Positions 36,580 to 45,304 of a stretch of 64,000 bases of DNA are shown here, piece after piece. The notes below the pieces were generated by a model, which had not been told where the DNA came from, ran no database searches, and saw only the letters and a program-made list of their open reading frames with translations. Origin of the DNA: a virus; IMG/VR virus record IMGVR_UViG_3300049733_000058, positions 4,532 to 68,531 of that record. One strand, given 5' to 3'. Numbering within the stretch: the first letter of the stretch is position 1; each line of letters begins with the position of its first letter. The translations under genes and the position numbers were made by a program.

Positions 36580-36604
36580 AATTCCCAAATAGAAAGGTAG
36601 CAAC

Positions 36605-37075
36605 ATGATTCTCGGATTCACGGGCACCCGTCAGGGCATGACGGAAGCCCAACTGGAAGCCGTGTCGTTCACGCTGACCTGCTACCGCCCGGATTGGGTG
36701 GTGCACGGTGGATGCGTGGGCGCCGACCTGCAATTCGCCGATCTGGCCCTGCGCCTGGGTGACATCCGGAGCGAAGTGTGGCCTGCGGACATCGGTGCAC
36801 CACTGCCGGATTGGCTGGTGCAGACCGCCATTGAGATCAAGCCTGCCAAGGCTCCGCTGGTGCGCAACCGTGACATCGTGACGGCCAGCGAGATGATGAT
36901 CGCCTGCCCTGCGCAGCCGGACGAGATCCAACGTTCTGGCACCTGGGCCACCTACCGCTACGCCCGAGCCATGGGCAAGCCTGTGAAGTTGGTGGCTCCT
37001 AGCGGCTACGTCACCATGCACCCGGTGAAGGGTTGGAAAGACCCGTTCACCGGCAAGGTTCGAGACCCTCTGTAA
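36605..37075 (+). CDS. SLOG-superfamily (DprA/YspA-like) protein
   Basis: LGFTGTR, VHGGCVGAD, RNRDIV, SGTWAT. Confidence 0.8.
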   Translation: MILGFTGTRQGMTEAQLEAVSFTLTCYRPDWVVHGGCVGADLQFADLALRLGDIRSEVWPADIGAPLPDWLVQTAIEIKPAKAPLVRNRDIVTASEMMIACPAQPDEIQRSGTWATYRYARAMGKPVKLVAPSGYVTMHPVKGWKDPFTGKVRDPL

Positions 37076-37233
37076 TGCCCGTTCGCCGGTGCGCCGTGTG
37101 TCAGGCAGACCTGCCTCGCAACGACGAATTCGTCGTGTGCAGTGACGAATGCTGGGACGTGCTGGAAGGCAAGGCGACGCCGCAACAGATCGAACACATC
37201 CTGACAAAATCAGCCTACTACACAAGGAGTTAG
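37075..37233 (+). CDS. small zinc-ribbon protein
   Basis: CAVC...CSDEC; 52 aa. Confidence 0.6.
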   Translation: MPVRRCAVCQADLPRNDEFVVCSDECWDVLEGKATPQQIEHILTKSAYYTRS

Positions 37234-37236
37234 CAC

Positions 37237-37872
37237 ATGCGAAGAGTCCTGTTAGGAATCCTGGCCCTGGCGTTGGTGGCGGTTACGTTCGTCACCAGTG
37301 AGGAGCAGGCCAGCGAGGCGAACCACTGCGACCCCCGAGGGATCATCAAGTGCCACGCCACGCTGTACCCCAACCCGAACTTCTACTTTGCCGAGCAATT
37401 CTACGACGGCGCCATCCACTGCGCCGTGGCAGAAGGCTGGCTGACTTCATACGCCGGGGCGTCGCTGGGGAATCCGGGTGGCTACTCGCCTGCCTTCTAC
37501 GGTGAGTTCACCGGCAGCACCCGGCAAGGCCCGTTCTGCTCGTTCTGGGAGGACGCAGGCAAGGGCTGGATCAGCGTCAACGTCACGCTGTGGCGGTGGA
37601 ACGACGGGTGGATCTATCCGCAGTTCTGCACTTCTACCGGCTGGCAGTCCAACCAGTTCGACGGTATATCGCCAACGATGACGGTCTCGCTGGGTAGCAA
37701 GTGGTACGACCCACGGCTCCAGCAGTGGCGGACGACGCCCTACAGCGTGGCTGGAACTTCGTGTGCCGGATGGGGTGGCCGGTTCCAGGTGCAGGCAGAG
37801 TTCTACATCGCCCGTAACCTGGGGATGCGGTACGCCTCGCTGTGGACAAGCCCTGAAGTACGAGGAGGATGA
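37237..37872 (+). CDS. secreted Cys/Trp/Gly-rich protein
   Basis: Signal peptide MRRVLLGILALALVAV...ASEA; AAGGAG RBS. Confidence 0.75.
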   Translation: MRRVLLGILALALVAVTFVTSEEQASEANHCDPRGIIKCHATLYPNPNFYFAEQFYDGAIHCAVAEGWLTSYAGASLGNPGGYSPAFYGEFTGSTRQGPFCSFWEDAGKGWISVNVTLWRWNDGWIYPQFCTSTGWQSNQFDGISPTMTVSLGSKWYDPRLQQWRTTPYSVAGTSCAGWGGRFQVQAEFYIARNLGMRYASLWTSPEVRGG

Positions 37873-37873
37873 C

Positions 37874-38005
37874 ATGCAAAACCGCAACCGATTCGACGGC
37901 CCCACCGAGCAGGACCGCCGGGACGAAACCAAGTTCCTGTGGATCCTGGTGGCGTGCCTGGCCTTCGTGATCATCGTGGCCGGTATCGCCATCGCCACCG
38001 TCTGA
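37874..38005 (+). CDS. small membrane protein
   Basis: GAGGAGG RBS; C-terminal hydrophobic helix. Confidence 0.6.
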   Translation: MQNRNRFDGPTEQDRRDETKFLWILVACLAFVIIVAGIAIATV

Positions 38006-38166
38006 TGGTCCGCTTCGAGATGAGCGCCACTGTGACCGCAGTGGTGCACGACCACTTCTTCGTCGAAGTGGCGGATAAGACCCTCATTCGTGTGTACCTT
38101 CCGCCCCACGCCGATGAACCCAAGGTGGGCCAGAAGGCCACCGTTGCCGTGGAGGTATGGCAGTAA
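38005..38166 (+). CDS. hypothetical protein
   Basis: MVRFEMSATV..., coupled at both ends. Confidence 0.55.
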   Translation: MVRFEMSATVTAVVHDHFFVEVADKTLIRVYLPPHADEPKVGQKATVAVEVWQ

Positions 38167-38324
38167 TGGAGAAGTTCACTATCACGGTCAGTGGTGAGGA
38201 CATCACCGACCTGGACTTCATTCGAGAGCGCTGCGTGACCGCAGTGGAGGAAGTGGTGGAGGAGAGCAAAGGCCGCTTCGATGCTGAGGTGGTCGTGGAC
38301 TGGGAGTGGGGCGATGCTGAGTAG
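38166..38324 (+). CDS. hypothetical protein
   Basis: MEKFTITVSG..., 52 aa, TAATG-coupled; not in ORF track. Confidence 0.55.
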   Translation: MEKFTITVSGEDITDLDFIRERCVTAVEEVVEESKGRFDAEVVVDWEWGDAE

Positions 38325-38520
38325 GGAGCAATTCCTCAAGCGCACGGCGTTCCGGTTCCGTGCGAAGACCGCAGCCAGCCGGGGTCTCAACGAGCGGGAG
38401 GAGGCCCTGGCTGCATTCGTCTATGACGAGGCGTGCGAGGAAATCGTGCGGTCCATCATGGAGGGAATGCGAGAGGCTTGGTACGGAGTGCCCCCGTGTG
38501 AGGAGGCTGAAAGTGGCTGA
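38314..38520 (+). CDS. hypothetical protein
   Basis: MLSREQFLKR... Confidence 0.55.
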   Translation: MLSREQFLKRTAFRFRAKTAASRGLNEREEALAAFVYDEACEEIVRSIMEGMREAWYGVPPCEEAESG

Positions 38521-38851
38521 CAAGCAAGTGGAAGAGGTCTGGCTTCAGATGATGCTGTTCCAGCGTGACCTGTGGAGCCAGGCGGTCAAGGAGTTCGAGA
38601 AGGGCGAACTGGGGCGGGCGATGATCTTCATGCGGGAGGCGGCTGCCCTACTGTTCCACGGCAAGCAGGAATATGCCGGGGTGGCTGCCCGAGCGCTAGG
38701 GCAGGAGGGCTACACCGGCGAAGACCTGCGGTTGCTGCATGAGCGTATGCGGCCAGAGATCGAACACTTCTATCTACTGTACAGCATCGAACAAGGAGAC
38801 AACGGTGAAACTGCGCAAACTTCAGAAGGTCAACGCCGAACGAGCGATTGA
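38513..38851 (+). CDS. hypothetical protein
   Basis: GTG start after AGGAGG. Confidence 0.6.
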   Translation: MADKQVEEVWLQMMLFQRDLWSQAVKEFEKGELGRAMIFMREAAALLFHGKQEYAGVAARALGQEGYTGEDLRLLHERMRPEIEHFYLLYSIEQGDNGETAQTSEGQRRTSD

Positions 38852-39143
38852 GTGGCACAAGCCCGGTCACGCCGAATGGACAGGCGGCGACTGGGGCAAC
38901 GCCATGGGTGGCGAATGCGGTGAGGCCCAGAACGTCATCAAGAAGATCCGCCGCTTGGAGTGCGGCCTGGCTACGGAGCCGCCCTTCGAGGTAGACCTGG
39001 TGGCAGAGTTGGCCGAGGAATTGGCCGACACGCTCCTGTACGTGCTGCTGGTGGCGGAGCACTTCGGCATTGACATGACCATCGCCACCCGCTACAAGTT
39101 CAACAAGGTGTCGGAGGAGAAGGGATTCGAGCAGCGCATATGA
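38805..39143 (+). CDS. MazG-like nucleotide pyrophosphohydrolase
   Basis: GECGEAQNVIKK...LAEELADTLLY...KFN; AAGGAG RBS before GTG at 38805. Confidence 0.9.
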   Translation: MKLRKLQKVNAERAIEWHKPGHAEWTGGDWGNAMGGECGEAQNVIKKIRRLECGLATEPPFEVDLVAELAEELADTLLYVLLVAEHFGIDMTIATRYKFNKVSEEKGFEQRI

Positions 39144-39337
39144 GAACGAGCACGTTGATGGCTGCGGGGTTCCTCGCTGCGGGAACAGGCTATTTGGTTG
39201 GCCTGAGCCTATATCGGGACATTAACGTGCCACCGGCACCCAAGTTGATCAAAGAACCACAGCAACAAATACAACCAGAACCTGATTGGTGCCAGGAGTT
39301 CTTCGGGCCGCTGGCCTATTGGCTCTGTCAGGAATAG
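39140..39337 (+). CDS. small membrane-anchored protein
   Basis: N-terminal hydrophobic helix; ATGA-coupled. Confidence 0.55.
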   Translation: MRTSTLMAAGFLAAGTGYLVGLSLYRDINVPPAPKLIKEPQQQIQPEPDWCQEFFGPLAYWLCQE

Positions 39338-39351
39338 CAAGGGAGAAAGGT

Positions 39352-39690
39352 ATGGCCAAGAGCCGCAACCACGGCGACATGGAAATCTGCACGGGCTGGA
39401 ACCGCCACAAGATGGACCCGGCTCCGGGCAGTGGGCGCAAGGTCCAGTTCGGCATCCCGGTGTACTGGCGCTGCGATCGCTGCCACACCGAGCGGGTGGA
39501 CGTGTACAGCGTCACGGGCAAGAAGATCAGCCAGAAGTATTACCGGCCCGACGACTACCAGGAGCACCTGGAAGACGTCCGCCTGGAAAGCCCCGAGGAA
39601 AAGCGGGTCCGGGCGTTCAAGATCATGCGGCAAAAGCCCGCAAAGCGGTCACCCCGTAAGGGGAACCTTCGGTTGGTGAGAACCGCTTAG
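39352..39690 (+). CDS. hypothetical protein (CxxC)
   Basis: MAKSRNHG...WRCDRCHTER; start re-called to 39352. Confidence 0.65.
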   Translation: MAKSRNHGDMEICTGWNRHKMDPAPGSGRKVQFGIPVYWRCDRCHTERVDVYSVTGKKISQKYYRPDDYQEHLEDVRLESPEEKRVRAFKIMRQKPAKRSPRKGNLRLVRTA

Positions 39691-39719
39691 GTCGCATAGG
39701 CTCTGCACCGCAAAGGTAG

Positions 39720-40298
<579 letters not shown>

Positions 40299-40325
40299 GG
40301 TACTAACCCGACGAGGAGAGGAGAA

Positions 40326-40682
40326 ATGGCCAAGGACAAAGACCTGGAAGTCGGCATCATTTTCATTCCGCTCAAGGAATGGAACCAGATGCTGAGAACA
40401 CTCGAATCCATTGACCGTCGGATGGAGACGGTCATCAGGTTAGAAAGGAAGCAAATGGCAGAGATCGAAGACCTTCAGACCGAGGTATCGCAGAACACGG
40501 ACCTGACGGGTTCGGTGGTCGCCCTGGTCAACGGCTTGGCCGACCAGTTGGAAGCAGCGATTGCCAACGCTCAGGACCCCGAGGCTGCGGCGAAGGTGCA
40601 GGCGGTCGTGGACCAGATGCGTTCGAACAACCAGGCGTTGGCCGACGCAGTCGCGGCGAACACCGAGGTGAATCCCCTGTAA
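40326..40682 (+). CDS. coiled-coil hypothetical protein
   Basis: 118 aa heptad-rich; strong RBS. Confidence 0.7.
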   Translation: MAKDKDLEVGIIFIPLKEWNQMLRTLESIDRRMETVIRLERKQMAEIEDLQTEVSQNTDLTGSVVALVNGLADQLEAAIANAQDPEAAAKVQAVVDQMRSNNQALADAVAANTEVNPL

Positions 40683-40690
40683 CCTGGGGG

Positions 40691-40930
40691 ATGGATGCTT
40701 CACCGAGGGCGGTAGCCCGGAGAGCCCGGAGGGAGAAATGGTTTTGGATTGCCAACCTCCCGGTCTGTGCGGCGTTGTACTTCGGGCTGCCGCCCAAGGT
40801 GATGGGGCTGTACATCGCACTGGTTTCGGTACACGCCCTGGTCAAGACCTGTGCCACCGAAGAACAGGCGGCTGAAGCAAGGGAGGCCGCAGATGCCCAA
40901 CAAACGAATGAGGTCGATAGCGAAGAATAG
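40691..40930 (+). CDS. small membrane protein
   Basis: Two short hydrophobic segments. Confidence 0.55.
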   Translation: MDASPRAVARRARREKWFWIANLPVCAALYFGLPPKVMGLYIALVSVHALVKTCATEEQAAEAREAADAQQTNEVDSEE

Positions 40931-41069
40931 GCGCCACGTCTACGAAAGACTCAAGGGCAAGGGGTTCAGCAAGGCCAAGGCAGCCAAGATCGCCAACGCG
41001 GGCAAGACCAAGAAAGGGCGGAGCCGCATGGCGAAGAAGGCAGCCCGGACCCGCAAGCGGAGGAAGTGA
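40893..41069 (+). CDS. very basic small protein
   Basis: YERLKGKGFSKAKAAKIANAG...RKRRK; GGAGG RBS. Confidence 0.65.
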   Translation: MPNKRMRSIAKNRRHVYERLKGKGFSKAKAAKIANAGKTKKGRSRMAKKAARTRKRRK

Positions 41070-41281
41070 TGGCCCGCTTGAAGGCAGCCCGCAGGAAGAA
41101 GTTGAAGAAGTCGCAGTTCGGTTTGCCGGGTAGCCGCAAGTACCCGATGCACGACCGCAAGCATGCTGCGAATGCCAAGGCCCGAGCGACGCAGCAGTAC
41201 AAGAAGGGCCGCATCAGCAAGTCCACCAAGAACAAGATCCACGCCAAGGCCAATCGGAAACTCAGGCGTGGCAAGAAATAA
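41069..41281 (+). CDS. very basic small protein (DUF6582-like)
   Basis: FGLPGSRKYPMHDRKHAANAKAR. Confidence 0.7.
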   Translation: MARLKAARRKKLKKSQFGLPGSRKYPMHDRKHAANAKARATQQYKKGRISKSTKNKIHAKANRKLRRGKK

Positions 41282-41298
41282 GTTCTGGGTGGTACCAT
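41269..41298 (+). promoter_or_regulatory. promoter with GAA(C)-N3-GTTC operator
   Basis: TGGCAA-GAAATAAGTTC...-TACCAT, 18-nt spacer. Confidence 0.7.
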
Positions 41299-41334
41299 AC
41301 AGTAGTCACAAAAACACAACAGAAAGGTAGTGCA

Positions 41335-42246
41335 ATGGAAAAGGACGAAGTCCTCAGGAAGGTCCAGGCACTTCTGGACAAGGCGGAAAGCACCGGCTTC
41401 ACAGCCGAGGCTGACGCTGCCCGTGCCAAGGCCGACCAGTTGATGCTGGCCTACAGCATCGAAATGTGGGAACTGGACAAGCGGCGCAAGCCCGAGCAGC
41501 GGGCCACGCCGGAGATCCGCAAGTTCCACATCTGCATGAGCGACAACCCCGTCAGCGAGCAGTTGGAAGGCGTGTTCATGACGCTGTGCAACCACTGGCG
41601 GGTTCGCAGCGTGTACTACGGCTTCGGTCGCACGCCTCGCAAGGGGCAGTCGCCCTGGGAGCAGTACGCCAAGGTGGTCGGTTTCCCACAGGAACTGGAC
41701 TGGCTGGAACTGATGTTCACCACCATGCGGCTGCACATCGGGACCAACCTGGAGCCCAAGCCCGACCCGGCCCTTGACTTCGAGGACAACCTCGTCAAGA
41801 TGAAAGAGGCGGGTATGAAGTGGGAGCGCATCCACGAACTGCTGCGGCCTGACGTGCCGTGGTCCCGCACCCACGGCGTTCGCTACACGAAGATGTATAC
41901 CGACCACTGCCTGATCAACGGCAAGGAGCGGATGTACACCAGCCCGCTCACATATCAGCGGAACTTCGTGGAGGGCTACCGCATGCAGATCTCCAGCCGC
42001 CTGTGGGACATCAGGCAGTACCGGCAGGATCCCAGTGGCAGCGGCAACGGCATGGAACTGATGCTGCGGGACAAGAAGGTGCTGATCGACGAACTGTACG
42101 ACGAGACCTTCAAGGATCTCAAGTCCCGCAAGGCCAAGAAGATGACCTTCGACCGCAACGCTTGGTCCGCTGGTCAAAAGGCCGGGGCCACTGCCGATCT
42201 GGGGCAGGAGCGTATGGGCCGAGGGCCACGGGAGATTGGGCAGTGA
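41335..42246 (+). CDS. DUF2786 domain protein
   Basis: LRKVQALLDKAEST.FTAEADAARAKADQLMLAYSI. Confidence 0.85.
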   Translation: MEKDEVLRKVQALLDKAESTGFTAEADAARAKADQLMLAYSIEMWELDKRRKPEQRATPEIRKFHICMSDNPVSEQLEGVFMTLCNHWRVRSVYYGFGRTPRKGQSPWEQYAKVVGFPQELDWLELMFTTMRLHIGTNLEPKPDPALDFEDNLVKMKEAGMKWERIHELLRPDVPWSRTHGVRYTKMYTDHCLINGKERMYTSPLTYQRNFVEGYRMQISSRLWDIRQYRQDPSGSGNGMELMLRDKKVLIDELYDETFKDLKSRKAKKMTFDRNAWSAGQKAGATADLGQERMGRGPREIGQ

Positions 42247-42470
42247 CGTGGACGCCTACGCATCGTTCAGGTTTCTGCACCTGCTTCTAGACGCCACTTT
42301 CCAGGTGTGCTTCGAAAGTACGCCGTTGGTGCCCGGTGCCTACTGGGTCGTGCCCATGGCGTGCAGCCGAGAACTGTCGGGGCGTCAGCATCCGCACTGG
42401 CACTGCATGTACATCATGGGATATCAGGCACACCAAGCAGGATTCACATTCGACACCAGTCCGGAGGAAC

Positions 42471-42830
42471 ATGATGACACTGGTTATGTTGTTGAAGCCA
42501 GACGAACCAACCGTCGCCATTACGAATCTTGAGCCCACCCTGGAGAAGTTGCGGGCGTTGGTGCACTGCGAATGGCTGGAACCGCTGTACCTGCCCGACC
42601 GTATCGTGATGCTGTTCGACGAGGAAGCCCGCCTTTCCAGCGGTCACCAGGTGAACCTCACGGCGACGCTCTTTGCGGCACGCTATGGCCATGGCATCAT
42701 GGGCGGGATCCTAGGGCCAGTGTTGGTACTAGGGCAGGCCGACGGCCGAGGGAGGTTCACCGACTTACCAGGCTCAGCACTGGATGTGGTGGCGGACATC
42801 GTAGGGGGTCTTGAAATTGCGGGAGGCTAA
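42471..42830 (+). CDS. DUF3846-like protein
   Basis: TLEKLRALVHCEWLE...FDEEA...VNLTAT...ILGPVLVLG. Confidence 0.75.
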   Translation: MMTLVMLLKPDEPTVAITNLEPTLEKLRALVHCEWLEPLYLPDRIVMLFDEEARLSSGHQVNLTATLFAARYGHGIMGGILGPVLVLGQADGRGRFTDLPGSALDVVADIVGGLEIAGG

Positions 42831-42831
42831 G

Positions 42832-43278
42832 ATGGCAGACCTGATCTTCCCCAACGAGGAATCAGAACTTCTCTATGAGTCAGGTACCCCCAACGACGTG
42901 CTGGAAAAGGAAGGGCGCTGGGCCAGGTTGTACCTGGGAGCGCACGGTGGCAGTATCATCGTCAAGCAGTTCGACGGCAGTGTGGATCACTACGTGTACA
43001 CCGACGACGGTGTCATCAACTCTGCGTGGATCGCCTTTGAGAAATCCATTGAGGTCCGGCAGCCAGACTTCGTGAACGACCACTGCATCTTCCCGGTCAA
43101 TGGTCACTGGGCCTGGACCCGCCCTGACCCCGAGCCGGGGGACACCTGCCTGATCACCTTCTACCCCGACCGGGTGGAGGCAGTACAGACCATGCGTTCC
43201 TACTTTGACGAACTGCAAGAATGGTGGGAATCGCATGGTGGCGAGTGGGAACTGATCGGTCCTGATGACGAGGATTGA
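42832..43278 (+). CDS. hypothetical protein
   Basis: GGAGG RBS; 148 aa. Confidence 0.65.
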   Translation: MADLIFPNEESELLYESGTPNDVLEKEGRWARLYLGAHGGSIIVKQFDGSVDHYVYTDDGVINSAWIAFEKSIEVRQPDFVNDHCIFPVNGHWAWTRPDPEPGDTCLITFYPDRVEAVQTMRSYFDELQEWWESHGGEWELIGPDDED

Positions 43279-43281
43279 GAT

Positions 43282-43310
43282 TTGCAAGAACTCAGTTCGT
43301 CCGGTAATAT
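43282..43310 (+). promoter_or_regulatory. near-consensus promoter with perfect GAAC-N3-GTTC operator
   Basis: TTGCAA-GAACTCAGTTC...-TAATAT, 17-nt spacer. Confidence 0.8.
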
Positions 43311-43345
43311 GTCCATAACATCCACACACAAGGAGAAAGAGCAAC

Positions 43346-44023
43346 ATGGCATCATTGCGTGAGTCCCTCATGCCGCTCGGAAAGCGTGCGGTGAAGTTGC
43401 GTGACAAGGACGGCCTGCCCTGGTTCGAGATCGCCCAGCAGTTGGAGGTCCCGCAGGGCAAGGCTCTCGCCGCCTACGAAGTGGCATCCTGGCCGGACGC
43501 CAAGGTGTTCAAGGGCACCGAGGCCAAGGTGGCGGCGGAGATCGTCCGGCTGCGTGACAAGGAGGCCCTGAGTTGGGCACGAATTGCCGCACGGGTGGAC
43601 GTCACCGAGGCCCGCTGCCGCACCATCTACGAAGAGACCAGCGGCAAGGCGCACCGGGGCAACCGGATCGGCAAGGGTGGCCGGTACCCCAGCGACGTCG
43701 AACGCCCGGCGACTAAGGCTCCGGCCAAGGCCACCGGCACCACCAAGAAGGCCGCAGCCAAGAAGGCTCCGGCCAAGGCCGAAGGTGGCGGCGGTCGAAG
43801 CGTCAACAAGCAACTGGCCATCCACCAGATGTCGAAGGACCAGTTGACCGCTCGCCTGACCGGCAAGGTCATCAAGTTCGACCACAACGGTCGGGTCAAG
43901 ACCATGAAGGTGGGCGAGGTCGTCAACCTGGCGAAGAAGGGCGGCAACCTCACGGTGGCCGACGCCAAGGGCAACGAATTCACCTTCAACATCAGCGAGG
44001 ACTTGGTGGACGCCAAGTCCTGA
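43346..44023 (+). CDS. tandem-HTH DNA-binding protein with Lys/Ala-rich linker
   Basis: Two LRDK.xLxW..IA repeats; KAPAKATGTTKKAAAKKAPAK linker. Confidence 0.75.
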   Translation: MASLRESLMPLGKRAVKLRDKDGLPWFEIAQQLEVPQGKALAAYEVASWPDAKVFKGTEAKVAAEIVRLRDKEALSWARIAARVDVTEARCRTIYEETSGKAHRGNRIGKGGRYPSDVERPATKAPAKATGTTKKAAAKKAPAKAEGGGGRSVNKQLAIHQMSKDQLTARLTGKVIKFDHNGRVKTMKVGEVVNLAKKGGNLTVADAKGNEFTFNISEDLVDAKS

Positions 44024-44046
44024 CCCTCCCGAGCGGAGCGGAGAAG

Positions 44047-44086
44047 GAGCCCCCGGCTGGGAAACTGGCCGGGGGCTCTTGCATTT
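44047..44086 (+). terminator. intrinsic terminator
   Basis: 14-bp stem gagcccccggctgg / ctggccgggggctc, GAAA tetraloop, followed by ttgcattt. Confidence 0.75.
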
Positions 44087-44114
44087 GCGGGAACACTGTG
44101 GCACCGGCTAGCAT
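44085..44114 (+). promoter_or_regulatory. promoter with GAAC half-site
   Basis: TTGCGG-GAACACTGTGG...-TAGCAT, 18-nt spacer. Confidence 0.55.
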
Positions 44115-44147
44115 TGCTCAGTTTCTCGATTGACAAGGTAGGACACG

Positions 44148-44654
44148 ATGACAGAATTCGACCCTTTCCTATGTCCTGAATGTGGCGTAGACAAGCGGCT
44201 CAACGGGGCGGGCTACGTGGTCCACGAGCCGGACTGTTCCATAGGCCGTGAGAAAGAGAAATGGCGTATGGACTACTGGGAGCGGATGATCGCTCTCGAT
44301 ATAAAGACAGCAGAGGCCAAGCGTGAGCGGGCCGGTGAAGAGAAAGAAAGAGAGCGCAGATTGACAGCACCCAAAGGTCATCAATTCATCCTGCTACGGA
44401 GCGGGCACAACAATCCGAAAGACCCCAACGACTGGTGCTGGCTCATCCAGTGCGAATGTGGTTTCAAAGACCTGGCCTGGTCCTACGACGATGCTGACCA
44501 AGCCCGTGCTGACCACCGTGCGGACTACGCCGCCAGCGCCCCTACAGCGCCGCCTAAGCCGCCTCGCAGGGCAGTACCGGCGCCCAGTACCCCCAAGCCT
44601 GCGAGGCAGCGCATACAGCAACAGCAAATCAAACCGAAGAGGGTGATCTACTGA
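44148..44654 (+). CDS. hypothetical Cys-rich protein
   Basis: CPECG...HEPDC, CECG. Confidence 0.65.
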   Translation: MTEFDPFLCPECGVDKRLNGAGYVVHEPDCSIGREKEKWRMDYWERMIALDIKTAEAKRERAGEEKERERRLTAPKGHQFILLRSGHNNPKDPNDWCWLIQCECGFKDLAWSYDDADQARADHRADYAASAPTAPPKPPRRAVPAPSTPKPARQRIQQQQIKPKRVIY

Positions 44655-45304
44655 TGGCGAAAGCGGAGGGTACTCGAGATCAGTGCCGCCATTGCGGAGA
44701 GCCGCTGCTCTACTGGCACTGCGACGAAAAGACGGAACGTTGGGGTCAGATGGTGTACCGGAGCGAGAAGCCCCGGTGGTGGCACACCAACGTGGATCCG
44801 GAACGTTCCGTGATGGACAGCATCTACCAGGACAGCAAGAAAGGTCCGCTGGGTGCGTATTGCAAGATCAAGCCCCTGGCTCAGTGGGAGTCCATTGAGG
44901 AATACCAGAACGTTCGTGGTCAACTTGGTGAGCCGGTCAACTACTGCGTGGTGCTGAAGGGCGAGTGGCCCCAGCAGTTCTGCATGAACCCGGTGCAGGA
45001 TACCGACCTGTTCATGTGTGGCGTGCATGCCAAGAAAGAGCGTGAGCGTCGGCTGGCCAACGAGCAGCGGCGGGAGCGCACCGAAGCCGCGGAGGCACAC
45101 ACCGATGGTGGCGAGGAGGTGTGCAAGAGAATCCTCGAGAACTGGGGTCTGAATGTTAGCATTGCCGGGTACCGCTTTGACGGATACGTGAAGGTGCAGC
45201 ACGAGGATCTCGAAACCCTGCTCCAGTCACTGGAGGAGGAATACCAATTGCTACAGCAAAGGAGGAAGCGTGCCTCGAACAAGAGCAAAAGCAACGCAGC
45301 GTGA
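44654..45304 (+). CDS. hypothetical Cys-rich protein
   Basis: CRHCG, C...C...CGVH; TGATG-coupled. Confidence 0.7.
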   Translation: MAKAEGTRDQCRHCGEPLLYWHCDEKTERWGQMVYRSEKPRWWHTNVDPERSVMDSIYQDSKKGPLGAYCKIKPLAQWESIEEYQNVRGQLGEPVNYCVVLKGEWPQQFCMNPVQDTDLFMCGVHAKKERERRLANEQRRERTEAAEAHTDGGEEVCKRILENWGLNVSIAGYRFDGYVKVQHEDLETLLQSLEEEYQLLQQRRKRASNKSKSNAA

